A stretch of 33,000 bases of DNA from Dicyema japonicum. Its lineage: Eukaryota; Animalia; Dicyemida. The notes below the pieces were generated by a model, which saw nothing but the letters and a program-made list of their open reading frames with translations, did not search any database and was not told where the DNA came from. The stretch spans positions 1,965,105-1,998,104 of the forward strand of contig RDEW01000004.1 of assembly GCA_011109175.1 (NCBI GenBank), given 5' to 3'. Below, piece after piece: positions 21,554-32,950 of the stretch (position 1 is its first letter; each line of letters begins with the position of its first letter). Position numbers and translations under genes: made by a program.

Positions 21554-24530
21554 AAGTTCATAAAACAAGTTATTCCTTTTGTAATTAAAGATTACTATAA
21601 ATGGTTTAAGAGCAATGGCTCTGGTTTTCTTGGGTTGATTGAATTCTCATATTTTCAGCAATTCCATTCCTCCTCAGCGGAGAGTTTGGCTCACTCAAAT
21701 CAAGTCAACGGATTAATATGATCCACGAGGGAAGTAGAGAAAGACAGCTTTCTGGCTTCGTCGAAATTACTTTAGACAACTCAGACAATAAATTTCAGTA
21801 AAAGGCCCTACTAATTCAGTAGTTTGACAAAAAAGAAATTATCAGCCGAAGGGTTATCTCTTCTAAACAGGACGAGTTTTTCTTGACAAGAAACACATTG
21901 GGTACTCAATTTCCTTTGATCATAGTAAAACTGAAATAATAAACCTTTTTTGAAACCGCGGGTTTTTCAAGATGTAATCCTTACCACATTGTCAAACAAG
22001 GAAGGCAGAGAGTAATTAATATGGTTAGATAAACGAAATTACCACCTCTCTTGATTCCCAGAGATTGAAGATCCCGAAGAAAGTTGCTGGTACAATAGTT
22101 TTTGTCGACAATCGGGCGGAGAGTGAGTCTCTGATGCAAAAAACGCGTAATCTTTGTTTCAATTTTATCGATAGACAAAAAAAAGTGAATGAACTCTTAG
22201 ATGCGGTTTAACGTATAGTAGAAAAGCTGGAGAAAGATAAGAAGACTTACAAAATTTTATAAATTTGACAGACTTCGGAGATCCGTGCAATACGCTATCT
22301 TTACGAGAAGCAAACGGAATTTGTATAAAACATCAAGATCTCGTTCATAAACGCAGCGATTTGGCTGCCGAGAAAGAGAAACTCCAAATTAAGATTGATC
22401 AAGTCAAGGATTTTATTATTGTAATTTACTATTTCATCCCAGCATTCCTCTAGAAGAGGTGAAGAAGCTGACGAAAAGACATACCTGTTGAGAGAAAAGG
22501 CTATTCTCATGATGGATAACTGCGAGAGGGCTTGTTCACGGACTAAACCGGAATTAGAATTGAGAGATCTTGAGGAACAGATGACGTCGGGATGGGAACT
22601 AAGATGCAACCTTATGAGGATCAGACACAGATTTCCATAGGATATAAAGAATATTGAAGAGAAACTGACTGAGATTCTTCCGGTATTTGAAAGATTATGT
22701 AGGCGGGAGGAAAACCTTTCGTTGAAGTGAAATTATAATTTAGTGTAGACCAGAGCTTTTCAAAAAATAATTCTCGCGGCACACTAATCGTAAAAAAAAT
22801 AATCCACGGCACACATTAAAAAAAATTTAATATGTGTAAAACTAAGTACAAAAATTGGTAATTTAATGCCAAAATTTTTATTAAAAAAAATGAATTCTTT
22901 ATTATTGTTTTTGCATAATATCATCAATATCAGGTCGAATGGTTAAAAGGCACTCGCATTTCAGCACAAATCCGACGAAAAACAGTGTTAACTGACAAAG
23001 GTATCTTCATTATTTTTTGTTCATATTTATACCAAACATAGTCCGAGCAATAATACGAGACAAGCAGGGATTATCAAGTTTTCGCCAATATTGTGAGGTT
23101 TTAGTTGTTTTGCTATCACTTCTGAGATCAGGTATGAACATTTCAATGATTCCTTTGTGTTTAAAAAAGTTTCACTGAACATCATTTGACTAGATCTACG
23201 ATTCATAGTAAAAACCAAATAATACTTAAGTTGTTTTTTCAAATGGATAAAATAATCCACAGATCTTTCGGAATAGTCCGGATGGCTTGGAAGTAAAATG
23301 TCTCTTTAGTTTGCTAGGAACCATAGCACTCACTTGCCAAAATCCATGCAAATTAGACATTGAGGTAGTTTATTTTATCTTTGCATATACATCCAAATGA
23401 CAAATAAGAATCTTTATAAGAACGACGAACTGATTTACCCATAAGCACGTTGATGCGCACGTTATTAAAAATTAATAAATAATGGTTAACCAATGTAAAT
23501 GTCATTTAATGTATAAATAAAAAAATGATTAATTTAATTTAGTAATTATTTTAATTCGTTTATCTTTTTAAATTAATTAGGTCAAAATGTATATAAATTT
23601 ATTCAAATTTGTATTTGGCAGGCGGCACACTAGAAATTGTCTTGCGGCACACTTAGTGTGCCGCGGCACACCGTTTGACAACCTCTGGTGTAGACACTAT
23701 GAGGCCAAAGCTAAAATAAGGGGCTGTATGGCAAGGAAGGGGAGCTAAAGAGTTTTCCACTATTGAAGAACGAGATCTATGGATTGACAGGGAGTTGTGT
23801 AAACTCAGGAAGATTGAGAAGGATAAATTGAAGCAGATGTCGCATTTAGAGCGGGAAATTCAGTTGGATTTCTCCAAAAGAACAGAATTGGAACTAAAGA
23901 TTAGTGATTCTGAAGAAAGAATACTGTCCTAAAAGAGTCTGATAGATATGGGGAAACAAGAGTTAAAGATTTGAAACGAAAATTGGATGAACTTCAGAGA
24001 GAACGGACTAGTTTATGGAAACAAGAGAATGTGATCCGACAGGTTACGGATTGAATAAAACAAGAATTAATGGAAAAATACAGCTAATGAGAAATATTTG
24101 TGGAAAAGTTTTCTTTTTACAAATTTAGGCCGTTATGGATGGAATCGATAGTGTCTTAAAAGTTTTGGAGCATATTGGATTAAAGGACTTGTACGAAACT
24201 GTCATCGACAATATTAATTGCTCTGAAAGTCTGACCACAGCGGTGGAGGTCACTGATGGATCAAGGCTTGATTTCGAGTTATTATTAGACTCTTACTTTA
24301 TTGTCAAATCTAATAGTGTGGGAATTCAAATTTTGAACGAAATAAACCGCCAAAAGTTGCATGGGGATACCACATTCATACTATTGAATAAAATATTGCG
24401 AATTAAATCGACTCGGTCCCCGGTAGGAACAGTTTTGTCTGTTTTTGTAAAATTATAAACCTTGATTGACTTAGTAAAATTCCAAGAGAATTGCATGTTG
24501 CTATCGAAAATGCTTTCGGGAGAACACTTT
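21554..24530 (+). pseudogene. SMC3: Cohesin SMC3 5' half (ATPase head to hinge), disrupted
   Basis: Spliced translation: FIKQ|ITING..NGSG..|AIPFLLSGEF...IHEG...FVEITLDNSDNK|FDKKEIISRRVI...ETAGFSRCNPYHIVKQG|INEI...DSQRLK...VAGT...LYGKEG...EERDLWI...DGIDSVLKVL...AVEVT...AFGRTL. Lesions: start codon AAG, a ~60-nt deletion after GFKS, Walker A KSN missing, stops, the hAT insertion and no C-terminal half. Introns at 21569-21590, 21634-21658, 21798-21822, 21902-21925, 22005-22028, 22147-22174, 24108-24128 and 24266-24288. Confidence 0.92.
22751..23687 (-). mobile_element. Non-autonomous hAT (Buster/Charlie) element, copy 2, inserted in SMC3
   Basis: Near-identical reverse complement of 11116-12056, with the same TIRs and internal deletion. 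8-bp TSD GTGTAGAC at 22743-22750 and 23688-23695. SMC3 coding sequence resumes after the TSD. Confidence 0.95.
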
Positions 24531-24531
24531 C

Positions 24532-24955
24532 GTGTTCCTGTCAAGAAAAAAAACTGGTCTTGATTAGAGGAAATAACCCTTCGGATGATAACCTCTTTTT
24601 TTATCAATCTACGGAATTAGTGGGTACATTGGAAATCTATTGTGAGTTGTCTGAAGTTATTTCGACATAGCCAGAAAGCTGTCTTTCTCCACTTCCCTCG
24701 TGGATAATGTTTATTTGTTTACTCGATTTTAGTGAACCTTCGCTGAGGAAGAATTGAATTGCTGAAAATATGAGAATTCAATCAACCTAAGAAAACGAGC
24801 CATTCCTCCCAACAATAATGTTGTTGTGTAGACTGAAGGAATCAATGGTCACCAGGTCCTTGTAGTTCTTAAGACCACTTATAGTGATCTTTAATTACAC
24901 AAGGAATAACTTGTTTATAAATATGGTTGAAAGTGTCTAGTAGCGTCGATTTTAG
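24532..24955 (-). pseudogene. SMC3: Second, inverted SMC3 5' fragment (upstream sequence plus about the first 115 codons)
   Basis: The minus strand reads ITISGLKNYKDLVTIDSFSLHNNIIVGRNGS...IIHEGSGERQLSGYVEITSDNS...KKEVIIRRVISSNQDQFF. It has homologous mini-introns and the upstream GCTACTAGACACT.TCAACC shared with 21534-21553. The start codon reads ATA. Confidence 0.88.
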
Positions 24956-24963
24956 TAAAAAAC

Positions 24964-27900
24964 ATGGTTATTTCAAGAAAAACGAAAGTCTCAACAACGA
25001 AATTTGGAAACTCTTCTCGTCCTCCGGGGGCTACTACGGCTGAGTCATTCACTTTGGAGAACAAGACGCCGCACAAGGCAGAACTTTCTAAACCTGCCAA
25101 TGGACCAACGCTATACGACTCTTCAGATATGACTAAACCAGCAAACGAACCAATGACAGCGAATCCCACAGACAACTTGTCCTTATTGATAACAGTCAAT
25201 TCCGCTATTAGTGCTATAAGGATTGCGAACATTCTATACCTCTATGACCAATACGGATGCATGAGGATGAGCCACAGAGGATCGGGCTCCTTCCGTCTGG
25301 ACTTCCGAGACAATTCACACATGGCCACCTACATGGAGGCCATAAATGAGACCTGTCCCTTTGGTCTGGACAACCACCACTTTAGGGCAATCTCAACCAA
25401 ACCATCTGAGATTGTCCTGAGGAACCTTCCGTTCTGGGTGAGAGGACGACCTCTTGGACTACCTCCAGGAGATGGCTCCCTCAACTTCGAAAGTAACCCG
25501 AATGTTCAAAGGATCGCGGCCCATGCCAATGGCGAAGGCCTCGATTAAGAATAGATCGGAAGCCACATCGTTAATACGTTGTGGTTTCTACATTGGAATG
25601 AATAAAATATCTTGTGAATGGAAGAGAAGAGGACCGCCGATCTGCTACAACTGTCAGCAGGTCGGTCACTTTCATACCAGTGCACAGGAAAGAAAAGATG
25701 TTTACGTTGACATCTCCAAATGTAATACGGACATGGATTCTAAACGGAAATGCATAAATTGCGGATCAACAAACACGGTGCAAGGTATGAAGGATGCCCT
25801 GTGCTTGTGGAGGCCAGGCGAAAGCTTATTCCCCAAGTCAAAAATACAGATCTGAAATCTATGAACGTCATAGACGAAAAGTTGAAACACTAACACGAAA
25901 AAGAATTATTGGTCCAAAAGTTAACAAGCTCTCTTCAGCTAATCTACCGAAGAAATCGGTTTGGCAAACCAAGAAGAGATACCAGGAAGAATCAAAAAAA
26001 AACTAAATGAAATTATACAAGACTGAAAGAATTAAGCGATGCACTAGGAGTGGATTTACGGGAAATAGTGGACCTGGCCATGGAGAGCCCAGGCCACCAA
26101 AAAGAAACCTAAAGTTAGTGCTGGCGAATGCCCGCTCCTTGGTGAAAAGGCATGATGAACTAGCACTACTTATGAGGACTGCCAGGGCAGATGTCTTGGT
26201 AGTCAACGAACGAAGATTCGAGAAGGAAGGAATTATATTCTGGAAGGATATGATTCAGTGGACATTCCATGGAAAGATGGAGCAGTTGCTGGAACCGGAA
26301 CCTCAATCTTCTTTCATAAACTATTGCAAACTCGAACGACTGCATTGTATTGGCCGACGATTCGGAATTCGTGTCTGTCGACGTGCGATGTGGTGGGACA
26401 TGGATAACCGTGGGAGGGCTATACTCTAAGGACTTGGCCCGGTCTTCTGTGAAAATTGTTGAGTTCTTCGAAAGAAACCCGATGTCGATCTGGTAGGAGA
26501 TCTGAACGCCAAGAACAGGACTTAGGGATGTTATGGAAACAACAGGGACGGGCGACTACTGCAGATTTGGTCGGGGAAATTGGAGTCGAAGTCTTGACGT
26601 CCGAAGAACCTAATTATTTCTCACACTATGGGGGTGATATGCTGGGATTGGCCTTAGTGTCTCCACAACTATTAGACCATGTAGACAGGCCAAGGTTACT
26701 CTGGGATATAGGGAGTGACCATATCCCTATGGAGATGACTATAAATCTGAACCGGATATTATTGAAGACATTTTTCTGTATTATGATACCTCGTCGGTGG
26801 ACTGGGAACATTATCGTCATTAATTTATCTAAGAGTATGTTAATGAAGATTAATTATTCCTTTTCTACACATAATGAGTTGGATGTTTTCAACCAAGATT
26901 TATCTAATACTATTAGGATGTATCTGCGATTATATGCAATGAAGGTTTACTCAAAAATCCTTCCGAAAACGAATCAGTTCTGCCCTCCTTCTATTCGGAG
27001 TCTTATTCGCGAGAGGAATACTCTGAAGGCGAAGCACAGACGATGTGTGGACATGTGGGACAGGATAACTTTGAAAAATAATATCGATGCTATCCAAAAA
27101 GTTCTACAGAGAGCCTGGAAGTTGTATTCCGAAAACCAAGTTAGGAAAGCAGCCTCGAAAGTGCACTGGAAGAATCCTTGCTTTTGGAAACTGTACTCCA
27201 GACTTACCAACAAAAATTTGAGAGCAAAGAACATTGTACTGGCGGATCAAGATGGAAGAACAATTCCCCTGGAAAGAGTACCGTCAGTATTCAGAAACAA
27301 TTAGAAAACATACAGGGAGTTGACCCGTCAGTATTATACCTGAAAAATTCTCAGAAGATATATCTAGTTCTATGGATTACTCCATAGACGATCTGAATAG
27401 TATGGTAGAGGAAATCACTTTGGCAGAAGTCAGAACTGCTATACGGGAGTGCAAAAACAAGGCTCCTGGATTTGATAGCATTCCGATGACTATGTTTAAA
27501 GAAGGGTCCGATGAATTGCTATCTGTTCTACAAAAGATGTATAACGCGAGTTTCAAGCTCGGAATTCCCCTTCACTATGGAAGCATTCTATTGTAAAGAT
27601 GATCCCCAAACCTGGAAAGTCGAGGAAAGATCCTCTTAGTTATAGGCCTATAAGCCTTATCTGTTCTACATCGAAGATTATGGAACGGATTATTTTTAAG
27701 AAATTGAATCGATATATAGAAAAGATTAATTTTCTACAGTGTTACCAATGGGGTTTTCGGCCAGGGAGATCGTGCGGAAATTGCATTCACTCTTAAACTA
27801 TGAGATTGCAAATGCTTTTGAGAAGAGGAGCCAGTTGAGCCTTGTCTGCCTTGACATCTCTAAGGCTTTCGACAGTGTATGGCACGAAGCCTTATTCTGT

Positions 27901-27990
27901 CAACTGGTTCGATCAAAAATTTCAAGACAAATGTTCCTATGGCTGAAAAACCTGTTGACTGGGAGGATATCAAACGTGGTGGTTGGTGCT
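24964..27990 (+). mobile_element. Jockey-like LINE: ORF1 (CCHC gag) and ORF2 (APE endonuclease plus N-terminal RT), frameshifted and 3'-truncated
   Basis: ORF1: IVLRNLP, CYNCQQVGH, KCINCGS. APE: LANARSL, DVLVVNE, VGDLNAK, GSDHIP. RT: KAPGFDSI, IPKPGK...SYRPISL, QWGFRPGRS, LDISKAFDSVWH. It ends before the PQG and YADD motifs. Confidence 0.9.
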
Positions 27991-28049
27991 AAATCGTTTT
28001 TCGATGTTCCCCATGTTCCGGAATTGTACTTCAGTATTGGCTCACCTAA

Positions 28050-30400
28050 TTAGTTGATAATTTACAAATAATATATTTAAGAAGTCATATTAATCCACAA
28101 GGCAAATGCACAGTGCTGACAAATGTTTATGACAAAATCTTGGTGCAATATAACCTTCGGTGGAATAAACTAAGACATGGATAGTCTGACATATAAAAGT
28201 ACTACAACCACGTGGGAGTCCAAGGAGTCATCGATGATAAGTACCGTCGCCATTTAATTAAGATTGTCTGGATTCAAGATAATATAAAATTCATCAAACT
28301 TGTAATTCTCAAAAATACTTAAAGACGTCGAAAGACAGTTACTTCTTGCAAATTTTCGAATAAGGAACTTGAAAAGTCTCTCCACTTGCACAACCCTAAA
28401 ACTTATCTTTAGTAAATGCGCGAGAAAATCACTCATCTCCTACCTTCATAGAGTGGAAGTGAAAAAAACAAATGTTTCACATTCAGACGTAATAGTCATT
28501 TACACTGACCCCGCAAACCTACACTATCACAGAGTTTGTTCACGTAGGGGTTATAGAAAACCATCTCCCACGTGGTTTTCTGATACCAGAGAAGCGCATA
28601 TTGCTGAATCGTCTTACAATGTGAACTCCTACAATAGCACGAAACCAATACAAGACGTTCTTGAAGCAACTTATCAATTCCTTAGGTTGAACAAAGTCAT
28701 CGAAAAATCGGGCCTTGCTAAAAAAGTTCATGTTGATATCATCGGAAGTATAATCATAGGAAAATAATTAAGATTGATTTGGGAATATGCACGTGTTTCT
28801 ATTGATATGATTCATACTTGAACTACGACTGCTCATCCGTCTTAAGTCTTAATACAAAAGCACTCGATGTATCCGATAACGACGGAGGGACCATGGACAA
28901 AAGATCGTTAGTGTCGTCTGCATAGATGGGGTGAAATCCGATTTTGGGGGCTTCATTAGAAGCTTCGATTTCAGCGACTCCAATGTTATTGCAACACCTG
29001 CCACAGTGAACTCGTCTAGCATTGAAATCATCAACTCACTGCAGTGAAACCCCATCTTTTCTGGTCACTTCTTTCCAAAAAAGTTGCATAGCTCACATAT
29101 CAGGAAATACGGATTAATAGAAGACAATTCACGAAAGATCCAAGGCTTTCAGAGAAAATCGCTGTTTTTGCTACAAATCGACTGTTTTACAATCCTATGA
29201 GATAATTCCGCTATATCTATTTGTCCGTCAGCTCACAGCATTGATCTAATATTTATTAAGTGGGGGTACCATAGTAATCGACAAAAAACATGGAATCGTA
29301 AAACTAATATATAAAACAAATGAGTCTGTTGTTATTGATGGTATATTCGAACATGATAAGGCAAGACACTCAATTGTATACAAAAAGATGGAATTTGTTT
29401 CATCACATACATTTCGACTGCTTTCCGATTACTCCTTACTAAGGAATCAGCAGAAGATATAGCCTTACTCAAAAATATGGATCTTTTCAGTCTAAACTGT
29501 AAAAGATACTTCGAAATGTCCAGCTTGAGTCAACTGATGAAATATTTTAGTGCGGAAAGGTGGAAGTTAGAGTTGTGCTCTGAACTCACAATTTTGGAGT
29601 CGCTTTTTCTGGTCACCCAAATGATTCTACGGTTTATCTACGTGATAACATGCAAACAACGATTTTCGTGGTTGACTGGGAATCCAGGGACGTGTGAGAA
29701 CTGCTAAGGTTATAGGCGTAGATCATTGGGACACATTTATGAAAAAGAGGTGCAATGAAATCACGATAATTTAAGAGTTCTGATTAATTCTGCAAACATC
29801 GTTATTGTCTTGTTTGCATATGCAACGGTGCACTTTATCAGCACAACAAGAGATATAAAGAATTCAATGATATACGGGTACTTTCGTTGTATAGTTTGTG
29901 GCTTTAGCGGTGTTGACTGTAAATGCTATCAAAAATGTCAAATGCTCCGAAATGTAGCGGAAAGTGTAGATGTGTCGACCAAAACAGACAAAGACATCCT
30001 CGGCATATCTGGGAGTTATTCCTTGCGCTAAACTTATTTCTAACGAAAATTTTAGCCAATCAACCAGATCGTGAACTCTTCTGGGCAGGATGTAATCAAT
30101 GTTGTGTTTACTACGGTCAGAGTCCAAATAAGTCTAATCCATCGTTACATTATACATTTATTTCCCACTATTGTTGGTAAGGACATTATAAGGGTCACAA
30201 CCAGAAATCTCTTTCGAAAAAGCAGAGCAACGGAATTAATATTCTGAGAACTCCCGTCTACAATGAGGTTAAGGATAACTAAATGAAGAGGCTTCAAAAA
30301 AAGAAAAAAATTTCGAAGATTGTGTCTAAAATACTGAGGATGATTACCTCTATCATTGCAGTTTTCCGCAAAAGACGTCGTAAAACTTCTATTCAGTCAT
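28050..30400 (+). other. Unidentified multi-exon gene or pseudogene with mini-introns
   Basis: Coding-like stretches are separated by GT-AG segments of 22-25 nt (28241-28262, 28302-28324, 28748-28772). I recognise no family, and the boundaries are approximate. Confidence 0.35.
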
Positions 30401-31049
30401 TGCTCAAGATTTTATATATCATCGATGAAATCCTCAGAGTATTTACTCGGGGATCTGCAGGTATCCTGATTCAGCTTACATTGAAAATGGAGATCCCTTA
30501 GTTTGCCCAAAATAGAAATACCTCTGAAATGCATGATTTTCCAAATGGGTGTAAAAGTAATCGAGGTTGTTTGGGGGTGAGGACGCGAAGTAATTTGACC
30601 GATTTTGCGAGATCCACGGGAAATCGTATAAATACCATTTTGAACGCCTATTTGAGGTATATTTGAAGAAATAATAGAGGATAATGAATAAGAATTTGAC
30701 AGGATGTGGGGGATGCCAATATTGAAGCTCATTTTTGGGGGAGATTCAGACTTCGAATAAAGTGGGGGATGAAGATTGCATAATTACATATAAGTGATCT
30801 TTAAAGATTGAAAAATATAAATTGGTCAAATTCCATGTTGAGAAATTTAAAAAATGAATATAAATTCTTTCCTGCCTAAATTCAAAATCAACGTGAATCC
30901 AGGTAATTTCATTTTGTAGAATATCACTATTAATAATTTCTCAATGATTTCCACATTCTGTTAGTAGTGAGTGTTCTTTACGGTGAAGAAATCAGAGGTT
31001 TCCATTCCGTGAAAACACAGAGGAAATCTAAACTTTATGGAGAATAACT

Positions 31050-31170
31050 GTTTCACTGATAAGGAGCAATGTTCTTGAGTTCCTCGTATCCTGGCATGAA
31101 CTCATTCTAAGGGATTCCTTTGTGTCCTTTGATGGAATCGAATACAAGAGCTCACTACAAAACCGTATTC
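31050..31170 (+). mobile_element. Possible Penelope-like RT remnant
   Basis: VLEFLVSWHELILRDSFVSFDGIEYK resembles the PLE segment LLxLxLxxxxFxFxGxxYKQ. Single motif only. Confidence 0.25.
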
Positions 31171-31399
31171 TAGCCAGTAAGCAATGTTGCTAGTAAAACG
31201 CACACAACTTGAATCGTCTCACAAGTTCAATCATCTTTGTTCATATTTTTAGCTGACAGGTTACTGATTGGAGTTCACTGGGAGTAAGCATTTATGTACT
31301 TAAAATATAAATATACGATAATATTCGCCCATGTAACAAAAATAAGATGCACGACCTTACATTATCGTATAAGCAGTATGAGAACAAGAGGCTAATAAG

Positions 31400-32950
31400 T
31401 ATAAAAACAGCTGTTCCCCTCTGGTAAACATTTCAACTAGAGAACATCTGAAGGTCTGGATTATTCTTGCTTGTTTCAGTTCCTTTGAGGTTAATAGAAA
31501 AAGAAAACCTTCCGTAACAACTCCATTCCATAGTCATGGTCACAGACGATGTTTAAAGAAATAGTCTTGAACTGACAGTTCGTCTTTCGGCTCCGTGTGT
31601 TGATTTGTAAGCCATATAGCTCAGAATTGGCCGCTTTATTAGCGAAAGTGGCATTAGATTGTCGCGTCTCTCAGCGGCCAGTTGACTACTTTTACTTTTA
31701 AGACAACTTATTTCTCAAGGTACAAATATCCATCGGAAATCCCTTAAAAATGAGGGAAAACTTAGTTTAACTAAAATCAACTAATTTTAATCTCTTCACT
31801 TTTTTAAGTAGAAGATTAGTGTTGAATTCTTCCACCTAGAAATATTCCTCGCTGGAAATAAGAGCTCACAAAGGGATCTTAATTAATCAAAAAGACATAA
31901 GAAGGTAAAGAACCTGTCGAGTTGTTTCAATTATGTCTACTCGAGACAATACAAAAGTATTTGAGTTGCATAAACAGTTAAAGTGCATTTGGTTCCTTCG
32001 ACTCGATCAACTGGCTATTAATATGATACTTACATCCGATTCAGAGGAATTGATCTTTTTGAAATATTTGTTTAATTAGCGCGTTAAGGCAGGATTGGTT
32101 GGACATGGGGAACTAAATTCTAAACATTGAATGCGGAAGTCGTTATTTGCTTTCGTTGATCTGAAATAACCGACATTCTCAACCTTTTATTGGATTTGAA
32201 GACCTCTTCATCGACTAAATAATTGAAAAAATACATGCAGCATTAGATAACTGTACGAAGAAAACTTTCTCGAAACCTTCTGAGACATGGTTAGCAAAAA
32301 CTACTTCAAATCCATTCAAAACATACAGTGGTAGCACTCCTGCATGGATAAGTAATATCTGAGTTGTTCACTTCACTGTTCTCAAGAGAAGGCTAAATAC
32401 AGTCCTTAAAAAATACCGTGAATATACACTTTGATGTATTCGTCGACTATTTTTTGGATAAAATATTTCAGAAAGCACATAATTTGGGAGAACTTATTCT
32501 ATAGTCCTGATTACCATTTCGTATATAAAAAATCCTTTTTTGGTTATCGAATAGTTGAGTTCATGCTATCTGAGTTTATAGATACTACCAGGTGGTCATA
32601 CTGTGCACGTAGATTATTAGCACTATTTAATTGATCCCATGGTACATGAACTTTATAAGAATGCATAGTTCGCCTGTATCTTCCATATGTGAGCCAATCA
32701 AACCTCGTATTTTGCCAATCCTGTTCAGTCTGGACCCCTCTCTGCTTCTAACATGAATAGATTTGAATAAATTAATTTCAAATGCGTTCACCTTACAGCT
32801 TTGACTCACACTAGTAAATAAACGTGGAACCAACGTGTCATAATTGGCGAGAAGCACTTGCCTAGGCTAGTGTGTTAATCATTTGAGGGATCTCTGGAAT
32901 TTGACGAGGGACCACTTGTCATGAATCTATCGTAAAAAACCATATGAACA
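31400..32950 (-). other. Unidentified intron-dense gene or pseudogene
   Basis: A series of minus-strand GT-AG mini-introns lies at 32405-32427, 32280-32304, 32215-32234, 32161-32183 and 32011-32033 (20-25 nt). The product is not recognised, and stops remain after splicing. Confidence 0.4.

Noticed and set aside
11116-23687. Composite transposon or inversion bounded by the two hAT copies
   Set aside because: Each copy has its own matching TSD on both sides, so they are independent insertions.
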